Origin: Eledone cirrhosa
Taxonomy: Eukaryota
NCBI GenBank assembly: GCA_964016885.1
Contig: OZ024740.1
Coordinates: 425,816,001 to 425,880,000 of the forward strand
DNA: 64,000 bases
Direction: 5' to 3'
Part shown: positions 13,959 to 28,700 of the stretch, one piece after another
How positions within the stretch are numbered: the first letter of the stretch is position 1
Layout of the letters: each line of letters starts with the position of its first letter
Translations under genes and position numbers: made by a program
Notes under the pieces: generated by a model
What the model was told of the DNA's origin: nothing
Database searches by the model: none
What the model saw: the letters and a program-made list of their open reading frames with translations, nothing else

Positions 13959-14630
13959 GTAATGGTTGGAAGATCACTGATGAGGACCACTTTATTCATA
14001 TGTAACCCATTTGCAACCACGCAGCACGTTTATTCTCATATTTACACATATTTTTTCCCTCGCTGTGGCCCGTCTATTTCGTTCTTACTGCTTCCACTTT
14101 CTCTGTATCTTTACCCTCTCTAACAGTCACTCTCTCTGTTAGCCTCTTCCTCACCCTTCCCTCACTCACTCTCTGTTACTACCTCTCCTCCTCCTCCTTC
14201 TTCCCGTTTGACCTGTGCGTAATTCTTTCTTTCGCACGCTTGGTCAGGCTGGTTCGCCTCTTTTCTCTCTCTCGTCTACGATTTCACAGAACTTACGTTC
14301 ACCGAATTCACAGACTAGATCCCTTCTTCCTCCCGTTAGACCTGTACGGAATTATTTCTTGCTCACATTCCAACCATGTTTGATGGTCTTTATTCTCTCT
14401 CGTTCACGATTTCACCGAACTTATATTCATGGAAATTTGGGACTTGACTCGTTCTTCCTCACTTTTCATTGCTTCACCATCTTTGTTTGTTTACACTCTC
14501 GCTGTCCCCTTTATTTACGTGTCCCAACGACTTTTTTTAGCCGTTGCTCGCACCAACCGGAGGTATATGGTGTTTAAAGCGAAGAAATACCTGTGATGGT
14601 TGGAAGATCACTGATGAGGACCACTTTATT
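13953..14630 (+). mobile_element. 634-bp-period non-coding element with 44-bp terminal direct repeat
   Basis: ATACCTGT(A/G)ATGGTTGGAAGATCACTGATGAGGACCACTTTATT at 13953 and 14587; (TA)n on both sides. Confidence 0.8.
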
Positions 14631-14794
14631 TATATATATATATATAATCGTATTCCGATGATTTGATCAGAGGCAAACACTGTATTTAAGGTCGAGTGAC
14701 GCAACTTTTAGTGATTAGCGGTTTTTAGGCTCACCTGATCAATGAAACAATTGTTAATACTGGAAATAAATTGGATTTTAGTCTTCAAATTTAT

Positions 14795-14843
<49 letters not shown>

Positions 14844-14863
14844 TCTATATCTATATCTATATC

Positions 14864-14904
<41 letters not shown>

Positions 14905-15389
14905 GTGTGTGTGTATTTGTGTGTGTGAGTGTATGTATGTATATATGTACACATATATAAATACATATATATAAATAAACACATATATATATGTGTGTAT
15001 CGATATGTATACATATGTGTGCGCGTGCGTATATACATACATACACACGTTTGTGTGTATGTATGTTATGAACGTGAGTTATAACTTTGCTGTTGTTGAA
15101 TCTATTCTTGCAGTTAAGTAGTATTTCTGAGATATTTAATTTCAAACAATTGTCTATGTACGGGAGCCATCAGACGTAAGCCAACTCTAGTGTCATAACA
15201 TGTTACGTACCTGACATCACATTCACTATTATGAAGCATATGCAGCAACGCAACCACTGAACTTTACCCCCACACCGAATACTATCTGCCTGGCTGTCAC
15301 TGGGTGCAACCTCGGCGCAATTGACAACGCAAAATATTCTCACGCAATCACGTACTCACACACACATGTATCTATCTCTCTCTCTCTCT

Positions 15390-15450
<61 letters not shown>

Positions 15451-15682
15451 ATCATTTCCACTTGGGTCCAGGTCAGTTTATATCATTTATTTTGTTTGAC
15501 CTGTTTAGCTTGACTTGTTTTTTGGCTTAGGTGGTTAATGCCTTCTTGACCACTTTTCAGTTTGTATGGCGTTTTAACATATTGTTTAGCTCTTGTATTC
15601 TTAACTATTGGAGCGCTTGCCAGCATTTCTACGATTTTGCGTTTCGTTTCGCATTTTCTACCAGCCGAAATACGATTCTCGC

Positions 15683-15727
<45 letters not shown>

Positions 15728-15849
15728 CCTCCTTTCTCTTCCTTTTTCAAAACTGCTTCCTCAATGCCTCTTTAAAATTACCGACCTTCCTGTTTGTGGT
15801 TGTTTATACTATATACATAACTACATAGTATTATTATTATATATATACC

Positions 15850-15908
15850 AAGTACCAGTAATGCACTGAGTAATTGCTGGCCTTGTGCCAAACGTAGAAA
15901 CAATTATT
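15850..15908 (+). mobile_element. SINE family A 3' fragment
   Basis: AAGTACCAGTAATGCACTG..TTGCTGGCCTTGTGCC..TAGAAACAATTATT. Confidence 0.75.
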
Positions 15909-16107
15909 TTATATATATATATATAAATTTCTCAGGACCGCATGTATATGTGAAGGTATGTATATTTCCTCTGATAATTTGTAATATTTTTACATAGATC
16001 TATATGATATACATACCAACACACATATACATCCCAGAAACGATCGTAAAATGATGAATTTTTAATAAAAGGAATTGTTCTTTGTATTTATGTCATTGTT
16101 TTTATTA

Positions 16108-16161
<54 letters not shown>

Positions 16162-16306
16162 ATAAGAAACGAAAGGAGCTGTGGTTAATAAAAACAAGAT
16201 TTATAGGATATATGGATATATATATATATCTGTATAAACATATATATATGTCTATCTATCTAACTATTTATATATATGTGTGTTGAATGGGTGCGTGTGG
16301 GTGTAT

Positions 16307-16428
<122 letters not shown>

Positions 16429-16769
16429 ACAGAGGTATCCACAGTAAGTTGTGGGGTCCAGTCTGCATGAAGAACTCGATGCAATCCATATGTTGAAAAT
16501 GTTGTAGGTTAAAATAAATCCCGGGAAACAATAAAACATTAAAAGGAAAACAAAGTCATGATATAAGTTAAAACATTGAAATAAAAAATCAAGTGATAAG
16601 AGATATACTTCACTGCTTTATGATCGTTTCTAGGTGATGATAATAAATTGTAAATATACTCCGTTATTGATCTATGTAAGGTTAGTTACAAAATATCAGA
16701 TAAAGAGAATATTTACTTACATGCATATCACCAGCTGTTTTCAAAAGCAATCCTTGCTTTTGAAATACA

Positions 16770-19700
16770 GCAGACAGCCATAGGTGTATATATTGTAGAC
16801 AGCCATTACATAGGTGTATATATTGCAGACAGTCATTACATAGGTGTATATACTGTAGACAGCCATTACATAGGTGTATATACTGCAGACAGCCATTACA
16901 TAGGTGTATATACTGCAGACAGCCATTACATAGGTGTATATACTGCAGACAGCCATTACATAGGTGTATATACTGTAGACAGCCATTACATAGGTGTATA
17001 TACTGTAGACAGCCAATACATAGGTATATATAATGTAGACAGCCATTACATAGGTGTATATACTGCAGACAGCCATAGGTGTATATACTGTAGACAGACA
17101 TAGGTGTATATACTGTAGACAGCCATAGGTGTATATACTGTAGACAGCCATTACATAGGTGTATATACTGTAGACAGCCATTACATAGGTGTATATACTG
17201 TAGACAGCCATTACATAGGTGTATATACTGCAGACAGCCATAGGTGTATATACTGTAGACAGCCATTACATAGGTGTATATACTGTAGACAGCCATTACA
17301 TAGGTATATATACTGTAGACAGCCATTACATAGGTGTATATACTGTAGACAGCCATTACATAGGTGTATATACTGCAGACAGCCATTACATAGGTGTATA
17401 TACTGCAGACAGCCATAGGTGTATATACTGTAGACAGCCATTACATAGGTGTATATACTGCAGACAACCATTACATAGGTGTATATACTGTAGACAGCCA
17501 TTACATAGGTGTATATACTGCAGACAGCCATTACATAGGTGTATATACTGTAGACAGCCATTACATAGGTGTATATACTGCAGACAGCCATAGGTGTATA
17601 TACTGTAGACAGCCATTACATAGGTATATATACTGTAGACAGCCATTACATAGGTGTATATACTGCAGACAACCATTACATAGGTGTATATACTGTAGAC
17701 AGCCATTACATAGGTGTATATACTGCAGACAGCCATTACATAGGTGTATATACTGTAGACAGCCATTACATAGGTGTATATACTGCAGACAGCCATAGGT
17801 GTATATACTGTAGACAGCCATTACATAGGTGTATATACTGTAGACAGCCATTACATAGGTATATATACTGTAGACAGCCATTACATAGGTGTATATACTG
17901 CAGACAGCCATTACATAGGTGTATATACTGCAGACAGCCATAGGTGTATATACTGTAGACAGCCATTACATAGGTGTATATACTGCAGACAGCCATTACA
18001 TAGGTGTATATACTGTAGACAGCCATTACATAGGTGTATATACTGCAGACAGCCATTACATAGGTGTATATACTGTAGACAGCGATTACATAGGTGTATA
18101 TACTGCAGACAGCCAATACATAGGTGTATATACTGCAGACAGCCATTACATAGGTGTATATACTGCAGACAGCCATTACATAGGTGTATATACTGTAGAC
18201 AGCCATTACATAGGTGTATATACTGTAGACAGCCATTACATAGGTGTATATACTGCAGACAGTCAATACATAGGTGTATATACTGCAGGCAGCCATTACA
18301 TAGGTGTATATACGGTAGACAGCCATTACATAGGTGTATATACTGTAGACAGCCATTACATAGGTGTATATACTGTAGACAGCCATTACATAGGTGTATA
18401 TACTGCAGACAGCCATAGGTGTATATACTGTAGACAGCCATAGGTGTATATACTGTAGACAGCCATAGGTGTATATACTGTAGACAGCCATTACATAGGT
18501 GTATATACTGTAGACAGCCATTACATAGGTGTATATACTGCAGACAGCCATTACATAGGTGTATATACTGTAGACAGCCATTACATAGGTGTATATACTG
18601 CAGACAGCCATAGGTGTATATACTGTAGACAGCCATTACATAGGTGTATATACTGTAGACAGCCATTACATAGGTATATATACTGTAGACAGCCATTACA
18701 TAGGTGTATATACTGTAGACAGCCATTACATAGGTGTATATACTGCAGACAGCCATTACATAGGTGTATATACTGCAGACAGCCATAGGTGTATATACTG
18801 TAGACAGCCATTACATAGGTGTATATACTGCAGACAGCCATTACATAGGTGTATATACTGTAGACAGCCATTACATAGGTGTATATACTGCAGACAGCCA
18901 TTACATACGTGTATATACTGTAGGCAGCCATTACATAGGTGTATATACTGCAGACAGCCAATACATAGGTGTATATACTGCAGACAGCCATTACATAGGT
19001 GTATATACTGCAGACAGCCATTACATAGGTGTATATACTGTAGACAGCCATTACATAGGTGTATATACTGTAGACAGCCATTACATAGGTGTATATACTG
19101 TAGACAGCCATTACATAGGTGTATATACTGCAGACAGCCAATACATAGGTGTATATACTGCAGACAGCCATTACATAGGTGTATATACTGTAGACAGCCA
19201 TTACATAGGTGTATATACTGTAGACAGCCATTACATAGGTATATATACTGTAGACAGCCATTACATAGGTGTATATACTGTAGACAGCCATTACATAGGT
19301 GTATATACTGTAGACAGCCATTACATAGGTGTATATACTGTAGAGAGCCATTACATAGGTGTATATATTGTAGACAGCCAATACATAGGTATATATACTG
19401 TAGACAGCCATTACATAGGTGTATATACTGTAGACAGCCAATACATAGGTGTATATACTGTAGACAGCCATTACATAGGTATATATACTGTAGACAGCCA
19501 TTACATAGGTGTATATACTGTAGACAGCCAATACATAGGTGTATATACTGTAGACAGCCATTACATAGGTGTATATACTGTAGACAGCCAATACATAGGT
19601 ATATATACTGTAGACAGCCATTACATAGGTGTATATACTGTAGACAGCCATAGGTGTATATACTGTAGACAGCCATTACATAGGTGTATATACTGCAGAC

Positions 19701-22700
19701 AGCCATAGGTGTATATACTGTAGACAGCCATAGGTGTATATACTGTAGACAGCCATTACATAGGTGTATATGCTGTAGACAGCCATTACATAGGTGTATA
19801 TACTGTAGACAGCCATTACATAGGTGTATATACTGCAGACAGCCATTACATAGGTGTATATACTGTAGACAGCCATTACATAGGTGTATATACTGCAGAC
19901 AGCCATTACATAGGTGTATATACTGTAGACAGCCATTACATAGGTGTATATACTGCAGACAGCCAATACATAGGTGTATATACTGCAGACAGCCATAGGT
20001 GTATGTACTGTAGACAGCCATTACATAGGTATATATACTGTAGACAGCCATTACATAGGTGTATATACTGTAGACAGCCATTACATAGGTGTATATACTG
20101 CAGACAGCCATTACATAGGTGTATATACTGCAGACAGCCATAGGTGTATATACTGTAGACAGCCATTACATAGGTGTATAAACTGCAGACAGCCATTACA
20201 TAGGTGTATATACTGTAGACAGCCATTACATAGGTGTATATACTGCAGACAGCCAATACATAGGTGTATATACTGCAGACAGCCATTACATAGGTGTATA
20301 TACCGCAGACAGCCATTACATAGGTGTATATACTGTAGACAGCCATTACATAGGTGTATATACTGTAGACAGCCATTACATAGGTGTATATACTGTAGAC
20401 AGCCATTACATAGGTGTATATACTGTAGACAGCCATTACATAGTTTTATATACTGTAGACAGCCATTACATAGGTGTATACACTGTAGACAGCCATTACA
20501 TAGGTGTATAAACTGTAGACAGCCAATACATAGGTATATATACTGTAGACAGCCATTACATAGGTGTATATACTGTAGACAGCCATTACATAGGTGTATA
20601 TACTGTAGACAGCCATTACATAGGTGTATATACTGTAGACAGCCATTACATAGGTATATATACTGTAGACAGCCAATACATAGGTATATATACTGTAGAC
20701 AGCCATTACATAGGTGTATATACTGTAGACAGCCAATACATAGGTATATATACCGTAGACAGCCATTACATAGGTGTATATACTGTAGACAGCCAATACA
20801 TAGGTGTATATACTGTAGACAGCCATTACATAGGTATATATACTGTAGACAGCCATTACATAGGTGTATATACTGTAGACAGCCATTACATAGGTGTATA
20901 TACTGTAGACAGCCAATACATAGGTGTATATACTGCAGACAGCCATAGGTGTATATACTGTAGACAGCCATTACATAGGTGTATATACTGCAGACAGCCA
21001 ATACATAGGTGTATATACTGTAGACAGCCATTACATAGGTGTATATACTGTAGACAGCCATTACATAGGTGTATATACTGTAGACAGCCAATACATAGGT
21101 GTATATACTGCAGACAGCCATTACATAGGTGTATATACTGTAGACAGCCATTACATAGGTGTATATACTGTAAACAGCCAATACATAGGTGTATATACTG
21201 CAGACAGCCATTACATAGGTGTATATACTGTAGACAGCCATTACATAGGTATATAAACTGTAGACAGCCATTACATAGGTGTATATACTGTAGACAGCCA
21301 TTACATAGGTGTATATACTGTAGACAGCCAATACATAGGTGTATATACTGCAGACAGCCATAGGTGTATATACTGTAGACAGCCATTACATAGGTGTATA
21401 TACTGCAGACAGCCAATACATAGGTGTATATACTGTAGACAGCCATTACATAGGTGTATATACTGCAGACAGCCAATACATAGGTGTATATACTGTAGAG
21501 AGCCATTACATAGGTGTATATACTGTAGACAGCCATTACATAGGTATATATACTGTAGACAGCCATTACATAGGTATATATACTGTAGACAGCCATTACA
21601 TAGGTGTATATACTTTAGACAGCCATTACATAGGTATATATACTGTAGACAGCCATTACATATGTATATATACTGTAGACAGCCATTACATAGGTGTATA
21701 TACTGTAGACAGCCATTACATAGGTATATATACTGTAGACAGCCATTACATAGGTATATATACTGTAGACAGCCAATACATAGGTGTATATACTGTAGAC
21801 AGCCATTACATATGTGTATATACTGTAGACAGCCATAGGTGTATATACTGCAGACAGCCATTACATAGGTGAATATACTGTAGACAGCCATTACATAGGT
21901 GTATATACTGTAGACAGCCATTACATAGGTGTATATACTGTAGACAGCCATTACATAGGTTTATATACTGTAGACAGCCATTACATAGGTGTATATACTG
22001 CAGACAGCCAATACATAGGTGTATATACTGTAGACAGCCATTACATAGGTATATATACTGTAGACAGCCATTACATAGGTGTATATACTGTAGACAGCCA
22101 TTACATAGGTGTATATACTGTAGACAGCCATTACATAGGTGTACATACTGTAGACAGCCATTACATAGGTGTATATACTGTAGACAGCCAATACATAGGT
22201 CTATATACTGTAGACAGCCATTACATAGGTGTATATACTGTAGACAGCCATTACATAGGTGTACATACTGTAGACAGCCATTACATAGGTGTATATACTG
22301 TAGACAGCCAATACATAGGTATATATAATGTAGACAGCCATTACATAGGTGTATATACTGTAGACAGCCATTACATAGGTGTATATACTGTAGACAGCCA
22401 TTACATAGGTGTATATACTGTAGACAGCCATTACATAGGTGTATATACTGTAGACAGCCATTACATAGGTGTACATACTGTAGACAGCCATTACATAGGT
22501 GTATATACTGTAGACAGCCAATACATAGGTGTATATACTGTAGACAGCCATTACATAGGTGTATATACTGTAGACAGCCATTACGTAGGTTTATATACTG
22601 TAGACAGCCATTACATAGGTGTATATACTGTAGACAGCCATTACATAGGTGTACATACTGTAGACAGCCATTACATAGGTGTATATACTGTAGACAGCCA

Positions 22701-25700
22701 ATACATAGGTGTATATACTGTAGACAGCCATTATATAGGTGTATATACTGTAGACAGCCATTACATAGGTGTATATACTGCAGACAGCCATTACATAAGT
22801 GTATATACTGCAGACAGCCAATACATAGGTGAATATAATGTAGACAGCCATAGGTGTATATACTGTAGACAGCCATTACATAGGTGTATATACTGTAGAC
22901 AGCCATAGGTGTATATACTGCAGACAGCCATTACATAGGTGTATATACTGTAGACAGCCATAGGTGTATATACTGCAGACAGCCATTACATAGGTGTATA
23001 TAGTGTAGACAGCCATTACATAGGTGTATATACTGTAGACAGCCATTACATAGGTGTATATACTATAGACAGCCATTACATAGGTTTATATACTGTAGAC
23101 AGCCATTACATAGGTGTATATACTGCAGACAGCCAATACATAGGTGTATATACTGTAGACAGCCATTACATAGGTATATATACTGTAGACAGCCATTACA
23201 TAGGTGTATATACTGTAGACAGCCATTACATAGGTGTATATACTGTAGACAGCCATTACATAGGTGTACATACTGTAGACAGCCATTACATAGGCGTATA
23301 TACTGTAGACAGCCATTACATAGGTGTATATACTGTAGACAGCCATTACATAGGTGTATATACTGCAGACAGCCATAGGTATATATACTGTAGACAGCCA
23401 TTACATAGGTGTATATACTGTAGACAGCCATTTCATAGGTGTATATACTGTAGACAGCCAATACATAGGTGTATATACTGTAGACAGCCAATACATAGGT
23501 GTATATACTGTAGACAGCCATTACATAGGTGTATATACTGTAGACAGCCATTACATAGGTGTATATACTGCAGACAGCCATAGGTGTATATACTGTAGAC
23601 AGCCATTACATAGGTGTATATACTGCAGACAGCCATAGGTATATATACTGTAGACAGCCATTACATAGGTGTATATACTGTAGACAGCCATTTCATAGGT
23701 GTATATACTGTAGACAGCCAATACATAGGTGTATATACTGTAGACAGCCAATACATAGGTGTATATACTGTAGACAGCCATTACATAGGTGTATATACTG
23801 TAGACAGCCATTACATAGGTGTATATACTGTAGACAGCCATTACATAGGTATATATACTGCAGACAGCCATTACATAGGTGTATATACTGTAGACAGCCA
23901 TTACATAGGTGTATATACTGTAGACAGCCATTACATAGGTGTATATACTGTAGACAGCCATTACATAGGTGTATATACTGTAGACAGCCATTACATAGGT
24001 GTATATACTGCAGACAGCCATTACATAGGTGTATATACTGCTGACAGCCATTACATAGCTGTATATACTGCAGACAGCCATTACATAAGTGTATATACTG
24101 TAGACAGCCATTACATAGGTGTATATACTGTAGACAGCCATAGATATATATACTGTAGACAGCCATTACATAGGTATATATACTGCAGACAGCCATTACA
24201 TAGGTGTATATACTGTAGACAGCCATTACATAGGTGTATATACTGTAGACAGCCATTACATAGGTGTATATACTGTAGACAGCCATTACATAGGTGTATA
24301 TACTGTAGACAGCCATTACATAGGTGTATATACTGTAGACAGCCATTACATAGGTGTATATACTGTAGACAGCCATAGGTGTATATACTGCAGACAGCCA
24401 ATACATAGGTGTATATACTGCAGACAGCCAATACAAAGGTGTATATACTGTAGACAGCCAATACATAGGTATATATACTGTAGACAGCCATTACATAGGT
24501 GTATATACTGTAGACAGCCATTACATAGGTGTATATACTGTAGACAGCCATTACCTAGGTATATATTCTGTAGACAGCCATTACATAGGTGTATATACTG
24601 TAGACAGCCATTACATAGGTGTATATACTGTAGACTGCCATTACATAGGTGTATATACTGTAGACAGCCATTACATAGGTGTATATACTGTAGACAGCCA
24701 ATACATAGGTGTATATACTGCAGACAGCCAATACATAGGTGTATATACTGTAGACAGCCATTACATAGGTGTATATACTGTAGACAGCCATAGGTGTATA
24801 TACTGTAGACAGCCATTACATAGGTGTATATACTGTAGACTGCCATTACATAGGTGTATATACTGTAGACTGCTATTACATAGGTGTATATACTGTAGAC
24901 AACCAATACATAGGTGTATATACTGTAGACAGCCATTACATAGGTGTATATACTCTAGACAGCCATAGGTGTATATACTGCAGACAGCCATTACATTAGT
25001 GTATATACTGCAGACAGCCATTACATAGGTGTATATACTGTAGACAGCCATAGGTGTATATACTGTAGACAGCCATAGGTGTATATACTGTAGACAGCCA
25101 TTACATAGGTGTATATACTGCAGACAGCCAATACATAGGTGTATATACTGCAGACAGCCAATACATAGGTCTATATACTGCAGACGGCCAATACATAGGT
25201 GTATATACTGCAGACAGCCATTACATAGGTGTATATACTGTAGACTGCCATTACATAGGTGTATATACTGTAGACTGCTATTACATAGGTGTATATACTG
25301 TAGACAGCCAATACATAGGTGTATATACTGCAGACAGCCAATACATAGGTATATATACTGTAGACTGCCATTACATAGGTGTATATACTGTAGACAACCA
25401 ATACATAGGTGTATATACTGTAGACAGCCATTACATAGGTGTATATACTCTAGACAACCATAGGTGTATATACTGCAGACAGCCATTACATTAGTGTATA
25501 TACTGCAGACAGCCATTACATAGGTGTATATACTGTAGACAGCCATAGGTGTATATACTGTAGACAGCCAATAAATAGGTGTATATACTGCAGACAGCCA
25601 ATACATAGGTGTATATACTGCAGACAGCCAATACATAGGTGTATATACTGCAGACGGCCAATACATAGGTGTATATACTGCAGACAGCCATTACATAGGT

Positions 25701-28700
25701 GTATATACTGTAGACAGCCATTACATAGGTGTATATACTGTAGACAGACATTACATAGCTGTATATACTGTAGACAGCCATTACATAGGTGTATATACTG
25801 TAGACAGCCAATACATAGGTGTATATACTGTAGACAGCCATTACATAGGTGTATATACTCTAGACAGCCATAGGTGTATATACTGCAGACAGCCATTACA
25901 TAGGTGTATATACTGCAGACAGCCAATACATAGGTGTATATACTGCAGACAGCCAATACATAGGTGTATATGCTGTAGACAGCCAATACATAGGTGTATA
26001 TACTGCAGACAGCCATAGGTGTATATACTGTAGACAGCCATTACATAGGTGTATATACTGCAGACAGCCATAGGTATATATACTGTAGACAGCCATTACA
26101 TAGGTGTATATACTGTAGACAGCCATTTCATAGGTGTATATACTGTAGACAACCAATACATAGGTGTATATACTGTAGACAGCCAATACATAGGTGTATA
26201 TACTGTAGACAGCCATTACATAGGTGTATATACTGTAGACAGCCATTACATAGGTGTATATACTGTAGACAGCCATTACATAGGTATATATACTGCAGAC
26301 AGCCATTACATAGGTGTATATACTGTAGACAGCCATTACATAGGTGTATATACTGTAGACAGCCATTACATAGGTGTATATACTGTAGACAGCCATTACA
26401 TAGGTGTATATACTGTAGACAGCCATTACATAGGTGTATATACTGCTGACAGCCATTACATAGCTGTATATACTGCAGACAGCCATTACATAAGTGTATA
26501 TACTGTAGACAGCCATTACATAGGTGTATATACTGTAGACAGCCATAGATATATATACTGTAGACAGCCATTACATAGGTATATATACTGCAGACAGCCA
26601 TTACATAGGTGTATATACTGTAGACAGCCATTACATAGGTGTATATACTGTAGACAGCCATTACATAGGTGTATATACTGTAGACAGCCATTACATAGGT
26701 GTATATACTGTAGACAGCCATTACATAGGTGTATATACTGTAGACAGCCATTACATAGGTGTATATACTGTAGACAGCCATAGGTGTATATACTGCAGAC
26801 AGCCAATACATAGGTGTATATACTGCAGACAGCCAATACATAGGTGTATATACTGTAGACAGCCAATACATAGGTATATATACTGTAGACAGCCATTACA
26901 TAGGTGTATATACTGTAGACAGCCATTACATAGGTGTATATACTGTAGACAGCCATTACCTAGGTATATATTCTGTAGACAGCCATTACATAGGTGTATA
27001 TACTGTAGACAGCCATTACATAGGTGTATATACTGTAGACTGCCATTACATAGGTGTATATACTGTAGACAGCCATTACATAGGTGTATATACTGTAGAC
27101 AGCCAATACATAGGTGTATATACTGCAGACAGCCAATACATAGGTGTATATACTGTAGACAGCCATTACATAGGTGTATATACTGTAGACAGCCATAGGT
27201 GTATATACTGTAGACAGCCATTACATAGGTGTATATACTGTAGACTGCCATTACATAGGTGTATATACTGTAGACTGCTATTACATAGGTGTATATACTG
27301 TAGACAACCAATACATAGGTGTATATACTGTAGACAGCCATTACATAGGTGTATATACTCTAGACAGCCATAGGTGTATATACTGCAGACAGCCATTACA
27401 TTAGTGTATATACTGCAGACAGCCATTACATAGGTGTATATACTGTAGACAGCCATAGGTGTATATACTGTAGACAGCCATTACATAGGTGTATATACTG
27501 CAGACAGCCAATAAATAGGTGTATATACTGCAGACAGCCAATACATAGGTGTATATACTGCAGACAGCCAATACATAGGTGTATATACTGCAGACGGCCA
27601 ATACATAGGTGTATATACTGCAGACAGCCATTACATAGGTGTATATACTGTAGACAGCCATTACATAGGTGTATATACTGTAGACAGACATTACATAGCT
27701 GTATATACTGTAGACAGCCAATACATAGGTGTATATACTGCAGACAGCCAATACATAGGTGTATATGCTGTAGACAGCCAATACATAGGTGTATATACTG
27801 CAGACAGTCAATACATAGGTGTATATACTGCAGACAGCCAATACATAGGTATATATACTGCAGACAGCCATTACATAGGTGTATATACTGTAGACAGCCA
27901 ATACATAGGTGTATATACTGTAGACAGCCATTACATAGGTGTATATACTCTAGACAGCCATAGGTATATATACTGTAGACAGCCAATACATAGGTGTATA
28001 TACTGCAGACAGTCAATACATAGGTTTATATACTGTAGACAGCCATTACATAGGTGTATATACTGCAGACAGCCATTACATAGGTGTATATACTGCAGAC
28101 AGCCATTACATAGGTGTATATACTGTAGACAGCCATTACATAGGTGTATATACTGCAGACAGCCATTACATACGTGTATATACTGTAGACAGCCATTACA
28201 TAGGTGTATATACTGCAGACAGCCATTACATAGGTGTATATACTGCTGACAGCCATTACATAGCTGTATATACTGCAGACAGCCATTACATAAGTGTATA
28301 TACTGTAGACAGCCATTACATAGGTGTATATACTGTAGACAGCCATAGATATATATACTGTAGACAGCCATTACATAGGTATATATACTGCAGACAGCCA
28401 TTACATAGGTGTATATACTGTAGACAGCCATTACATAGGTGTATATACTGTAGACAGCCATTACATAGGTGTATATACTGTAGACAGCCATTACATAGGT
28501 GTATATACTGTAGACAGCCATTACATAGGTGCATATACTGTAGACAGCCATAGGTGTATATACTGCAGACAGCCAATACATAGGTGTATATACTGCAGAC
28601 AGCCAATACATAGGTGTATATACTGTAGACAGCCAATACATAGGTATATATACTGTAGACAGCCATTACATAGGTGTATATACTGTAGACAGCCATTACA

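Noticed and set aside
13970-14000. Hammerhead at CTGATGAGGACCAC (also 10671, 14611 and 2625)
   Set aside because: No stem II partner or correctly placed GAAA/NUH in any topology.
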